DNA of 64,000 nucleotides from the sequence record NC_070963.1. The stretch is one strand, 5' to 3'. The notes beneath the pieces are model-generated. The model was not told where the DNA came from, did no database searches, and saw only the letters and a list, made by a program, of their open reading frames with translations. Both the position numbers and the translations under genes were made by a program. Positions within the stretch are counted from its first letter, which is position 1. The number at the start of each line of letters is the position of its first letter. Positions 20,070-29,196 of the stretch are shown here, in pieces.

Positions 20070-21780
20070 AATTCGTTGGCGTAATTTTCTTTCCACTGGA
20101 AATCAGTTTTCGGAAATTGACTTTGAAAAGAATCATACAAATCTGATTATTGGTACAAACGGGGCAGGTAAATCTACGGTTTTGGATGCTCTGACCTTTG
20201 TGCTTTTTAATCGTCCGTTCCGTAAAATTAACAAACCTCAACTTGCTAATACGACAAATGAGAAAGATTGTTTAGTTGAGATTGAGTTTACTGTTAATAA
20301 TCGTGATTATTTGGTGCGGCGTGGAATTAAACCAAATATTTTTGATATTGAAGTGAATGGTGTACCTCTTCATAAAGAAGCGGATGACCGTGCAAATCAA
20401 AAAATTTTGGAAGAGAATATTCTAAAGGTAAATTATAAGTCTTTTACTCAAATTGTTATTTTGGGTAGTAGCACCTTTGTGCCTTTTATGCAGTTGACTA
20501 CGGCACATCGTCGTGAGGTGATTGAGGATCTTCTAGACATTCGTATTTTTTCTGCAATGAACTCTCTGATTAAAGATAAGATTCGGGAAAAGAAAGATCA
20601 AATCAAATCTTTAGATCTCAAAAAAGAGACTCTCAAAGATAAGATGAGAATGCAAGAGAGTTTTATTGAAGAACTTGAGAGTCGTGGAAATGCAAATATC
20701 AATGCCAATCAAGAAAAGATTGCCAAGTTAGATGCAGAAGTTGGCATTTATATGACTGAAAATGCTAGAACCGAAGAGGATATTTTTAAGTATACAAAGG
20801 AGCAAGAAGAGGTTCTTGGTGCTGCTGATAAGTTAGTAAAATTAAACAATCTCAAAGGTAAAATTTCTCAAAAAGTATCAGTTATTACTAAAGAACATAA
20901 GTTCTTCACTGAGAATACGGTTTGTCCTACCTGCACACAAACGATTGAGGAAGAGTTTCGGTTAAATAGAATCAAGGACGCTCAAAATAAAGCAAAGGAA
21001 CTCCAGAAAGGTTATCAAGACCTTGAGGAGACAATCAAATTGGAACAAGAACGAGAGCGTCAATTTACCGTTCTTTCAAAGGAGATTACGAAACTCAATC
21101 ATGAGATTTCTCAAAACAATACTCGGATTTCGCTCAATCAGAGACAAATCAGAGACCTTGAATCTGAAATTCAAACTCTTACCCAACAACTTAAAAACAG
21201 AAATACTGAACATGAGAAGTTAGAAGAATTCAGAGAAAATCTCCAAAAAACATTCGAAGACCTTTCAAAGAAAAAAGAAGAAATCGTTTATTACGATTTT
21301 GCCTATTCCTTACTTAAGGATGACGGCGTAAAAACGAAAATAATTAAGAAGTATCTTCCGTTCATAAATCAGCAGGTGAATCGTTATCTTCAGATGATGG
21401 ATTTTTATATTAACTTCCATCTGGATGAAGAATTCAACGAAACGGTAAAGTCACCCATTCACGAAGACTTTTCTTATAGTTCCTTCAGTGAGGGTGAAAA
21501 AATGAGAATCGACCTTGCTCTTCTCTTCACCTGGAGAGAAGTTGCTAGAGTCAAAAACTCAGTTAATACTAATCTGCTGATTATGGATGAGGTATTTGAT
21601 TCTTCACTTGATGGTTTTGGCACTGATGAGTTCCTCAAGATTATTCGTTACGTGATTAAGGATGCTAATATATTTGTGATTTCTCATAAGTCTGATTTAC
21701 ATGACAAATTTGAAAGTGTCCTCCGATTCGAAAAAGTCAAAGGTTTTTCACGTATGATGTCCCAACAAGCACAAGACTAA
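20053..21780 (+). CDS. gp46: Recombination ATPase subunit (Rad50/SbcC-like)
   Basis: GTNGAGKS Walker A, CPTC zinc hook, FSEGEK signature, LLIMDEVFD. Confidence 0.96.
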   Translation: MLVFHKIRWRNFLSTGNQFSEIDFEKNHTNLIIGTNGAGKSTVLDALTFVLFNRPFRKINKPQLANTTNEKDCLVEIEFTVNNRDYLVRRGIKPNIFDIEVNGVPLHKEADDRANQKILEENILKVNYKSFTQIVILGSSTFVPFMQLTTAHRREVIEDLLDIRIFSAMNSLIKDKIREKKDQIKSLDLKKETLKDKMRMQESFIEELESRGNANINANQEKIAKLDAEVGIYMTENARTEEDIFKYTKEQEEVLGAADKLVKLNNLKGKISQKVSVITKEHKFFTENTVCPTCTQTIEEEFRLNRIKDAQNKAKELQKGYQDLEETIKLEQERERQFTVLSKEITKLNHEISQNNTRISLNQRQIRDLESEIQTLTQQLKNRNTEHEKLEEFRENLQKTFEDLSKKKEEIVYYDFAYSLLKDDGVKTKIIKKYLPFINQQVNRYLQMMDFYINFHLDEEFNETVKSPIHEDFSYSSFSEGEKMRIDLALLFTWREVARVKNSVNTNLLIMDEVFDSSLDGFGTDEFLKIIRYVIKDANIFVISHKSDLHDKFESVLRFEKVKGFSRMMSQQAQD

Positions 21781-21926
21781 TGCAAGTCCCTAATCGCTAT
21801 CATCACTCCAAGAAGGAGCAGAAGCGGAAACTGAAACCGCAGGCACTCCGACAAGCAAAGGCACGCCGCCAAGCACTCAAGAAGCGTCTCCAACACGGGG
21901 ACGCTTCTTCTTTTATAAATATTTGA
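21780..21926 (+). CDS. Small basic protein (48 aa)
   Basis: Manual translation MQVPNRYHHSKKEQKRKLKPQALRQAKARRQALKKRLQHGDASSFINI; start overlaps gp46 stop. Confidence 0.5.
   Translation: MQVPNRYHHSKKEQKRKLKPQALRQAKARRQALKKRLQHGDASSFINI
21879..21914 (+). terminator. Hairpin/terminator
   Basis: AAGAAGCGTC...GACGCTTCTT 10-bp stem followed by CTTTT. Confidence 0.6.
21914..21921 (+). promoter_or_regulatory. T4-type late promoter TATAAATA
   Basis: Exact consensus upstream of the ORF at 21942. Confidence 0.75.
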
Positions 21927-21941
21927 AAATATTTTGGTCAA

Positions 21942-22622
21942 ATGGCAAAGGACGAAACCGAAATTGGTATTACCGGTAAACCTATTCCCAAAAAGAAAAG
22001 ATCTCCTAAAAAGCAATATGCGTTTGAAAAGAAGAGAAGGGAAAATCTAGGTCAAAATGTTGGTGGGATAACTTATAGATCCGATGTAAGTCCAAATTTT
22101 AATCCTCGTTCAGTTCGTGAAGAACTTCTTGTGGATTATCTTCTTGGGGAAGGTTTTGCTTCTGATGAAAAGTCAGCAAAAGCAATCGCTGGTGCAATGA
22201 GTGAAGAGTGGAAACAAAATATTGTTGAAAGAGGATTTGGATTGGGATTTCTAGATCTTAGAAAACCAGCAGCAAAACCAAAAGCAGAACCAACACCAAA
22301 ACCACCAACTGTAAAAAGTTCTGGTGGTGCAGGCGGACAGGTTACTGTAGATAAACAGTATCCAGCAACTCTTGGTGGAAAAAAAGGAGTGAAATCCACT
22401 GATGCACAGGGAACTGAGTATTTTATGCCATATCAACCTCAAGGTGGATTGCCAAAACCAAATACACTTCCAGATTTAAATAAGGCACAATATAAAAATA
22501 CTTACACAAATACATATAAAGATATCCCTGCCAGTCAGTCTACAAAGAATCCACAATCACATCTTAGTCGCACAGGAGTTCCTAGAGTTCGTAGTGCTAC
22601 ACGCACATATGGAATTGATTAA
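21942..22622 (+). CDS. Hypothetical late protein with EG(F/Y)A...MSEEW paralogous domain
   Basis: ELLVDYLLGEGFASDEKSAKAIAGAMSEEWKQNIVE; P/K-rich tail. Confidence 0.7.
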   Translation: MAKDETEIGITGKPIPKKKRSPKKQYAFEKKRRENLGQNVGGITYRSDVSPNFNPRSVREELLVDYLLGEGFASDEKSAKAIAGAMSEEWKQNIVERGFGLGFLDLRKPAAKPKAEPTPKPPTVKSSGGAGGQVTVDKQYPATLGGKKGVKSTDAQGTEYFMPYQPQGGLPKPNTLPDLNKAQYKNTYTNTYKDIPASQSTKNPQSHLSRTGVPRVRSATRTYGID

Positions 22623-22644
22623 GACCACTTTTTAAACTGTCCAC

Positions 22645-22671
22645 AAGAGGGTTTCACCACCCTCTTTTTTT
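22645..22671 (+). terminator. Intrinsic terminator
   Basis: AAGAGGGT-TTCACC-ACCCTCTT then T-run. Confidence 0.8.
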
Positions 22672-22700
22672 GTATGATAGGGTCATTCCAAAACAAACCC

Positions 22701-24872
22701 ATGACCGTCCGCCACGAAATCAAGTCCCAACTCGCCAAACTGCTTGCCACTGAAGATCTTGTGGTTGAGCACAAGAAGGTAGAGACTGCCCAGTTCAATG
22801 TTCACACCCGTGTGCTTACCCTGCCTATGTGGGAGAAGGCAAGCAACACCGTATATGACTTGCTGGTGGGGCATGAGGTTGGACACGCCCTCTATACCCC
22901 CGATGAAGATTGGACTCAAAATCATAAAGTTCCTCCACAATTTGTGAATGTTGTAGAAGACGCTCGTATTGAGAAATTGATGAAACGTCGTTATGCTGGT
23001 CTTGCAAAGACTTTTTACAACGGATATAAAGAACTTGCCAAAGATGATTTTTTCCAAATTGGTGATGACAATCTGGAAACGTATAATCTTGCTGATCGTG
23101 CAAATCTTTACTTTAAGATTGGCAACTTTACCAATGTTCCTATTCAACGTGGTGAAGAAATGGAAATTATCAATCAGATTGCAGGTGCTGAAACATTTTC
23201 AGATGCTTTGAATGCTGCTGAAGTTCTCTATAAGTATTGTAAACAAAAGCAGCAAGAAGAAATCAAAGTCAATCTTGATGCTCATGAAACTCCACAAAGT
23301 GGTAGTGGTAGTGGTAGTGATTCTGGCGAGTTTGAGAATCAAGAAAAAAGTGAAAACGATCAACCTGAAACTGAAGGATCTGATGGATCTGGATCGAAAG
23401 GTGAAACTCAACAAAAGAAGGATAATAATCAAAACCCTCAATCTCAAAATGGGCAGCAAGGTGATGAGGATACAGATCCTGAAGTGAAGACGATGGAATC
23501 ACTTGAAGAAGCACTTAAAGATCTTGCAAGCACTTCTGGTTATGAGAATGTTTATCTGGAATTGCCAAAACTTGATTTGAACAAAATTATTGTTACGAAC
23601 ACTGAAATTCATAATAAATGTAAAGAAACTTGGGGAGAGTATTTGGTCAATAGTGGATATTCTTCAGATGAAATTTTTGGCAAAGTCGATAAAAAATTTA
23701 ATGAGTTCAAGCGTTCGGCACAAAAAGAAGTCAATTATCTAGTAAAAGAATTTGAGTGTCGTAAGGCAGCAGATTCATATGCACGTGCTACAACTGCTCG
23801 AACTGGTGTTTTGGATTGTTCTAAACTTCATACTTATAAGTTTAATGAAGATCTCTTCAAAAAAGTTACGACTCTTGCCAATGGTAAAAATCATGGTTTG
23901 ATTTTTATTCTTGATTGGTCTGGATCAATGGGTAATGTAATGCTTGATACAGTCAAACAACTTTTCAATCTTGTTTGGTTTTGTAAAAAAGTTTCGATTC
24001 CATTTGAGGTTTACTCGTTTACAACTGATTACCCTCTTGTGAAGTATGATGAACAAGGAAAGGCAAATATGAGAACTCTCGCCTATGAAAAGCGGGATGG
24101 TCTAATTCAAGTTGGTGAATGGTTTTCTTTAATGAATATGCTTACCAGCAAAACAAATACTAGAACTCTTGATGATCAAATGCGAAATATTTGGCGTCTT
24201 GCTTGCTCCTTTGATTCTAAAAATTATATTCGTTATAATATTCCTTTGGGAATGAGTCTTTCCGGAACTCCTCTGAATGAGTCGTTAATTGCTCTTCATC
24301 AAATTCTGCCAAAATTTCAAAAAGAAAACAAACTTCAAAAAATTCAATGTGTTGTTTTGACGGATGGGGAAGCATGTGGTATTAAATGTCATCGTGAGGT
24401 CAAACGTCACTGGGAAAATGAACCTTATATTGGAACTTCTCATATTGGAAATAATTCTTTTCTTCGTGATCGTAAAACAGGACATACTTATTCTTTGAAT
24501 TGTGAGTGGCATGAAATGACCGATATTTTTCTTCAAAATCTCCGGGATAAGTTTGAAGATATTAACTTTATTGGTATTCGCATTCTTGAATCAGGTGGAG
24601 TCGGGACTTTTGTTCGTCGTTATTGTGGATACTATGGTGATCAATATAATAAAGTAATGAGTATCTGGAAAAAACAAAAAGCATTTTCTTTGAAAAACAC
24701 TGGTTATCATACTTATTTTGGTCTTTCTGCAAATGCTTTGTCCCAAGATAGTGAATTTGAAGTTTCTGATGATGCAACAAAATCACAAATTAAAAATGCT
24801 TTTATGAAGAGTTTGAAATCTAAGAAAATGAATAAAAAAATTCTTGGAGAGTTTATTGAACTTGTAGTTTAA
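22701..24872 (+). CDS. CobT-like protein: N-terminal HEXXH metallopeptidase-like region, acidic linker, C-terminal vWA domain
   Basis: HEVGH and EDARIE; ILDWSGSM (MIDAS DxSxS), GTPL, LTDGE; start taken at MTVRHEIK. Confidence 0.8.
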   Translation: MTVRHEIKSQLAKLLATEDLVVEHKKVETAQFNVHTRVLTLPMWEKASNTVYDLLVGHEVGHALYTPDEDWTQNHKVPPQFVNVVEDARIEKLMKRRYAGLAKTFYNGYKELAKDDFFQIGDDNLETYNLADRANLYFKIGNFTNVPIQRGEEMEIINQIAGAETFSDALNAAEVLYKYCKQKQQEEIKVNLDAHETPQSGSGSGSDSGEFENQEKSENDQPETEGSDGSGSKGETQQKKDNNQNPQSQNGQQGDEDTDPEVKTMESLEEALKDLASTSGYENVYLELPKLDLNKIIVTNTEIHNKCKETWGEYLVNSGYSSDEIFGKVDKKFNEFKRSAQKEVNYLVKEFECRKAADSYARATTARTGVLDCSKLHTYKFNEDLFKKVTTLANGKNHGLIFILDWSGSMGNVMLDTVKQLFNLVWFCKKVSIPFEVYSFTTDYPLVKYDEQGKANMRTLAYEKRDGLIQVGEWFSLMNMLTSKTNTRTLDDQMRNIWRLACSFDSKNYIRYNIPLGMSLSGTPLNESLIALHQILPKFQKENKLQKIQCVVLTDGEACGIKCHREVKRHWENEPYIGTSHIGNNSFLRDRKTGHTYSLNCEWHEMTDIFLQNLRDKFEDINFIGIRILESGGVGTFVRRYCGYYGDQYNKVMSIWKKQKAFSLKNTGYHTYFGLSANALSQDSEFEVSDDATKSQIKNAFMKSLKSKKMNKKILGEFIELVV

Positions 24873-24907
24873 TAAATAAAAATAAGAAAAAAATATAAAA
24901 AATTTGT

Positions 24908-25816
24908 ATGAATTCCCAGCAAGTTCAAGATATCCGCCTCATGTATGAGGCGGTTTATAATTCTCAGTTAAGAGAAAAAGTAGAAGAATATAATGATATG
25001 ATCCGTGATGAAGATATTGTTGAAGTTGCAACTGAGTATTTTTATACTTACGGATTAAATTCAACTGGCGTAGATATTTTAATTGAAAAAGTAGGTCTTG
25101 ATAATTTTGTTGAATTTGTTTATGATCTTTCTGAAGGTTTAATTCTTACTGAGGCAAAAAAGACAAGCAAAGCAAAAAAACAACCATCAATGCTTGCTAG
25201 TCAAAGAGCAAAATTAGCGGCACAGAAGGCAGCAAAAGAAAGAACAGAAACTGAAAAAAAAGAACCTGAATCAAAAGGTGCTGATACTGAAGCAAAATCA
25301 GAACAACCAAAATCAAAAAAACCAATTCGTGATGCAATTGCCAGACAAATTCTTGCTGGAATGGAGCGTCATCGTAAAGGAATGGAACTTGCTAAAAAAA
25401 CTGGTCAAACTTTAGGCAAACTTGCTTCTGTAACTCACGAAGCAGGCCGTCGTGCTGGTGAACATGTTAAAAAGCATGGTTTAAAGTCACTTGCAAATGA
25501 AGAAACTGATCTTTTTGATATTATTCTTGAGCATTTGGTATCAGAGGGTTATGCAGAAACCGAAGATGCTGCAGTGGTTATTATGGCAAATATGAGCGAA
25601 GAGTGGAAAGAAAACATTCTTATTGATGAAGGATTACTGGACGTTGCTGCTAGGGGTGTTAAGTTAATTGGCAAAAAGGTTGGTAATTATTTAAACTCAC
25701 CTTCTGATGATCCAGACATCAAAAGAGATCCTAGTTATAACCCAAAAACTGGTAAAGGTGATTATAAAGACCCACGTAAACAATCACCAAGACCAGGTGA
25801 GGTTAGAACATATTGA
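24908..25816 (+). CDS. Hypothetical protein with EGYA...MANMSEEW paralogous domain
   Basis: DLFDIILEHLVSEGYAETEDAAVVIMANMSEEWKENIL. Confidence 0.7.
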   Translation: MNSQQVQDIRLMYEAVYNSQLREKVEEYNDMIRDEDIVEVATEYFYTYGLNSTGVDILIEKVGLDNFVEFVYDLSEGLILTEAKKTSKAKKQPSMLASQRAKLAAQKAAKERTETEKKEPESKGADTEAKSEQPKSKKPIRDAIARQILAGMERHRKGMELAKKTGQTLGKLASVTHEAGRRAGEHVKKHGLKSLANEETDLFDIILEHLVSEGYAETEDAAVVIMANMSEEWKENILIDEGLLDVAARGVKLIGKKVGNYLNSPSDDPDIKRDPSYNPKTGKGDYKDPRKQSPRPGEVRTY

Positions 25817-25842
25817 AATTAAACCACCTTTCAAACTGTCAC

Positions 25843-25868
25843 AGGGGGCACTGACTGCTCCCTTTTTT
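25843..25868 (+). terminator. Intrinsic terminator overlapping a promoter
   Basis: AGGGGGCA-CTGAC-TGCTCCCT stem plus T-run. Confidence 0.75.
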
Positions 25869-25879
25869 GTGTGTATAAT
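25851..25879 (+). promoter_or_regulatory. Sigma70-type promoter (CTGACT-N17-TATAAT) for CobS-like gene
   Basis: Hexamers and 17-nt spacing seen directly. Confidence 0.65.
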
Positions 25880-25913
25880 ATGAGAGTTCAAATGAAACAC
25901 ACCTAACTACATT

Positions 25914-27050
25914 ATGACTCGCAAGTCCTCTGTGAACGACAAACAACTGATTGCCTCTATTCAAGAACTTTATGGGTCGGAAATCACTTCCGGAGACCTG
26001 AAGGGTTTTTGTGCCTCACGTGGTCTTAATTATCAGACTGTGACTCGTCGTCTGGAAAACTTTAAGACTTCTCGTGGTCGGTGGAATTTGGAAGTGACGC
26101 AAGAACGTGTTGAAGAGATTGAGCGTTCTTATCAAGCACCTCCTGCTCTTCCTGCTGTTGAACAAAACCTTATTCCTGATAAAGATGATACCTTCGTCAA
26201 GTTTGGTAACTTTAACGATATTAAAAAAATTATTCAGTCCCGTCTCTTTTATCCTACGTTCATTACGGGTCTTTCGGGTAATGGTAAAACGTTCAGTGTG
26301 GAGCAGGCGTGCGCTCAACTTGGTCGAGAATTGATTCGTGTCAATATTACTATTGAGACTGATGAAGATGATCTGATTGGTGGTTTCCGTCTTGTGAATG
26401 GTGAAACTGCTTGGCACAATGGACCTGTGGTGGAAGCACTTGAGCGTGGTGCTATTCTGCTTCTGGATGAGATTGACCTTGCTTCCAATAAGATTCTGTG
26501 TCTTCAGTCTATTCTTGAAGGTAAGGGCGTATTTCTGAAAAAGATTGGTCGTTTTGTCAAACCTGCTGCTGGGTTTAACGTGGTTGCCACTGCCAATACC
26601 AAAGGTAAAGGTTCTGATGATGGACGTTTCATCGGCACCAATGTGATGAATGAAGCATTTCTGGAACGCTTTCCTGTGACCTTTGAGCAGTCTTATCCTG
26701 CCCCTGCTACTGAGCAGAAGATTCTGGAAGGCATTTCTCTGGACTTGGGTGTGGAAGACCGCGACTTCTGTAAGCGTCTTTGCGATTGGGGTGAGGTTAT
26801 TAGAAAAACTTTCTATGATGGTGGTATTGAGGAAATCATCAGCACTCGTCGTCTTGTTCACATTATTCGTGCCTACAGCATTTTCCAAGATAAGGCAAAG
26901 GCAATTCAAGTTTGTATCAATCGTTTTGACGACGAAACCAAACAATCTTTCTTGGAACTTTATGATAAAATTGACGCAGATTTCCAGATGCCTGATGTTG
27001 AAGTAAAATCTTCAATTGGTTCTGACATTGACTCCACTCCTCCTTTCTGA
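25914..27050 (+). CDS. cobS: CobS/MoxR-like AAA+ ATPase
   Basis: GLSGNGKT Walker A, DEDDLIGG, LLLDEID, TANTKGKG, NEAFLERF, STRRL. Confidence 0.88.
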   Translation: MTRKSSVNDKQLIASIQELYGSEITSGDLKGFCASRGLNYQTVTRRLENFKTSRGRWNLEVTQERVEEIERSYQAPPALPAVEQNLIPDKDDTFVKFGNFNDIKKIIQSRLFYPTFITGLSGNGKTFSVEQACAQLGRELIRVNITIETDEDDLIGGFRLVNGETAWHNGPVVEALERGAILLLDEIDLASNKILCLQSILEGKGVFLKKIGRFVKPAAGFNVVATANTKGKGSDDGRFIGTNVMNEAFLERFPVTFEQSYPAPATEQKILEGISLDLGVEDRDFCKRLCDWGEVIRKTFYDGGIEEIISTRRLVHIIRAYSIFQDKAKAIQVCINRFDDETKQSFLELYDKIDADFQMPDVEVKSSIGSDIDSTPPF

Positions 27051-27056
27051 TATAAT
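27028..27056 (+). promoter_or_regulatory. Sigma70-type promoter (TTGACT-N17-TATAAT)
   Basis: Near-consensus hexamers, 17-nt spacer. Confidence 0.8.
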
Positions 27057-27057
27057 T

Positions 27058-27088
27058 GGGGAAGGTAAAACTATGACCTTCCCCTTTT
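27058..27088 (+). terminator. Intrinsic terminator after CobS-like gene
   Basis: GGGGAAGGT...ACCTTCCCC then TTTT. Confidence 0.75.
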
Positions 27089-27091
27089 ATT

Positions 27092-27475
27092 ATGGATGAA
27101 CATCCTTATTCTACAAATGAATTTACAATCACTATGAATGAACATAGTGGATATATGGACATTACAAAAACTTCTGTAACTATGAACAACAACGCGAATC
27201 ATTTTTGGAAATACAACGAAGATAAAATTCTAGATCAACTTGAAGAATATATTGCTGGAACTTATAATCAGCATTATGTTGATCGAACTGGTGGTGGAAC
27301 AGAACAAACGCTTGACAAAATCAAGCATAATCGTCGTGAAGGATTTTGTGCAGGTAATGTGACCAAGTATATTGATCGTTATGACACTAAAGGCACTCCT
27401 CGTGCGGATCTTTTCAAAGTTTTGCACTATACTATTCTTCTGATCAATCACCTGAATCTTGTTGAACAAAAATGA
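27092..27475 (+). CDS. Conserved hypothetical protein (DUF3310-like)
   Basis: TYNQHY, GFCAGNVTKYIDRY, DLFKVLHY motifs. Confidence 0.6.
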   Translation: MDEHPYSTNEFTITMNEHSGYMDITKTSVTMNNNANHFWKYNEDKILDQLEEYIAGTYNQHYVDRTGGGTEQTLDKIKHNRREGFCAGNVTKYIDRYDTKGTPRADLFKVLHYTILLINHLNLVEQK

Positions 27476-28137
27476 AACTTTCTGACAATACTCTGACCGT
27501 TCTAAAAAACTTTGCTGCTATCAACAACTCGATTCTAGTCAAGCAAGGTAACAAACTCCGCACGATTTCTGTAGCAAAAAATATTCTTGCCGAAGCAGAC
27601 ATTACTGAAGAATTCCCTCGTGAGTTTGCAATTTATGATCTTAATCAGTTTCTGAATGGTCTTGGACTTCATCAAGATCCGGATCTTGATTTTGGAGAAA
27701 ATTCTCATATTACTATCCGTGAGGGTAAACGTCGGGTTAAATATTTCTTTGCAGACCCCAATGTAATTGTTTCACCTCCTGAAAAAGAGATTCAACTTCC
27801 TTCTAAAGATGTTTGTTTCCAACTTGAAAGTGTGACTCTTGAGAAACTCTTGAAAGCAGCAGCAGTTTATCAACTTCCAGATCTTTCTGCGGTTGGTGAA
27901 GCAGGTGTTATTCGTCTTGTAGTTCGTGATAAGAAGAATGATACCTCTAACGAATACTCTATTGTAGTTGGTGAAACTGATAAAGAATTTACATTCAACT
28001 TTAAGGTGGAGAATATCAAGATTATTCCAGGTGCTTATGATGTAGTTGTGTCTTCTAAACTTTTGTCACAGTTTAAGAATAGTAAGTATAACTTGACCTA
28101 TTATATTGCTCTAGAACCCGACTCTACTTTTGAGTAA
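27472..28137 (+). CDS. gp45: Sliding clamp
   Basis: MKLSDNTLTVLKNFAAINNSI, FAIYDLNQFL, YYIALEPDS. Confidence 0.94.
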   Translation: MKLSDNTLTVLKNFAAINNSILVKQGNKLRTISVAKNILAEADITEEFPREFAIYDLNQFLNGLGLHQDPDLDFGENSHITIREGKRRVKYFFADPNVIVSPPEKEIQLPSKDVCFQLESVTLEKLLKAAAVYQLPDLSAVGEAGVIRLVVRDKKNDTSNEYSIVVGETDKEFTFNFKVENIKIIPGAYDVVVSSKLLSQFKNSKYNLTYYIALEPDSTFE

Positions 28138-28565
28138 TGGAATTTCTTCTTTATCTTTCTACTCAACAAATGGATGTCTATAAAATAGTATCCCAAAAAG
28201 TTCGAGTAGTTGAAAATTCTTCAGTTTGTAAAAAATACAGTGTGTTTGGGTTTTATAGTTCTACCCAAAAAACACTTTCAATTTGCACTGATAAAATTAA
28301 GAGTTATCAAAATGTTGAAAAAAATGTAAATGAAACTCTAATGCATGAATCAGTGCATGTTGCACAATCTTGTAAAACAAAATTTAGACATTTGACTTCT
28401 TTTGGAATTAATCCTTCAAGTATGCCTTTAAGTTATTATAAAGAAGCAGACCTAAAAAAAGTCATTGCTTTTGATAGAAACTTAAAAAATATTGACAGAG
28501 AGGCATTTTGGATGGAGGATAAACCTGAAAAAGTAAAGTATGTTGTTCAAAGGTATTGTTTCTAA
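28137..28565 (+). CDS. Hypothetical HEXXH zinc-metallopeptidase-like protein
   Basis: ETLMHESVHVAQ ... EAF. Confidence 0.55.
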   Translation: MEFLLYLSTQQMDVYKIVSQKVRVVENSSVCKKYSVFGFYSSTQKTLSICTDKIKSYQNVEKNVNETLMHESVHVAQSCKTKFRHLTSFGINPSSMPLSYYKEADLKKVIAFDRNLKNIDREAFWMEDKPEKVKYVVQRYCF

Positions 28566-29074
28566 TGAATATTTTTGTTACGCATCAATTCCCTGCGGAA
28601 TGTGCAATTGCACTTCCCGATCGACACATAACTAAAATGCCACTTGAATGTTGTCAAATGCTTTCTATTGTAGCATCAAAGTGGTATCATAATTATGGGT
28701 CACTTCACAAAAAGGATGGAAATCCTTATGCTACCGAAAAAGGTGCTTTTCGAAATCATCCTTGCACTCAGTGGGCAGCAAAATCTATTGATAATGCTTA
28801 CTGGTTAATCAAGCATGGAATGAATCTTTGTGATGAGTTTCAACTGCGGTATGGCAAAGCACATTCGTGTTATAATACTCTTTTAGAGGCATACTATTTG
28901 TTCCCAAAGGGAAAATTGACCAATGTAACCCCATTTGCAAGAGCAATGCCTGATGAATTTAAGTATGATACTTCAATAGATACATTTGAAGCATACAAGA
29001 GATATATTGCTTCAAAAATTTGGGTAAAGGATAATTACCTGCGTATGCCTGAACGCAAACCTGAATGGATATGA
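28565..29074 (+). CDS. Pyrimidine-dimer DNA glycosylase (DenV-like) family protein
   Basis: MNIFVT...LPDRHITKMPLECCQML, NHPCTQW, FARAMPDEFK. Confidence 0.6.
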   Translation: MNIFVTHQFPAECAIALPDRHITKMPLECCQMLSIVASKWYHNYGSLHKKDGNPYATEKGAFRNHPCTQWAAKSIDNAYWLIKHGMNLCDEFQLRYGKAHSCYNTLLEAYYLFPKGKLTNVTPFARAMPDEFKYDTSIDTFEAYKRYIASKIWVKDNYLRMPERKPEWI

Positions 29075-29193
29075 AATACAAGAAAGGCACCTTTTTTCTT
29101 GATAAACATACACATAAAGTGTATATTTTTGATGGGAAAGAATGGTGGGAAATTGTCCCAAGTTCTTATTTGAAAAAACCTGATTGGATTTAA
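29071..29193 (+). CDS. Small hypothetical protein (40 aa)
   Basis: Manual translation MKYKKGTFFLDKHTHKVYIFDGKEWWEIVPSSYLKKPDWI; ATGA overlap; fills the gap before gp44. Confidence 0.5.
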   Translation: MKYKKGTFFLDKHTHKVYIFDGKEWWEIVPSSYLKKPDWI

Positions 29194-29196
29194 ATT

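Noticed and set aside
23290-23320. AGTGGT tandem repeat in the CobT-like gene
   Set aside because: Only three units encoding a Ser-Gly linker; too short to support phase variation
26016-26945. 309-aa minus-strand ORF antisense to the CobS-like gene
   Set aside because: Entirely within a well-supported gene, no motifs, no RBS. It is a shadow ORF from codon bias. The same applies to the many short antisense ORFs in gp18, gp22, gp23, nrdA and the porin.
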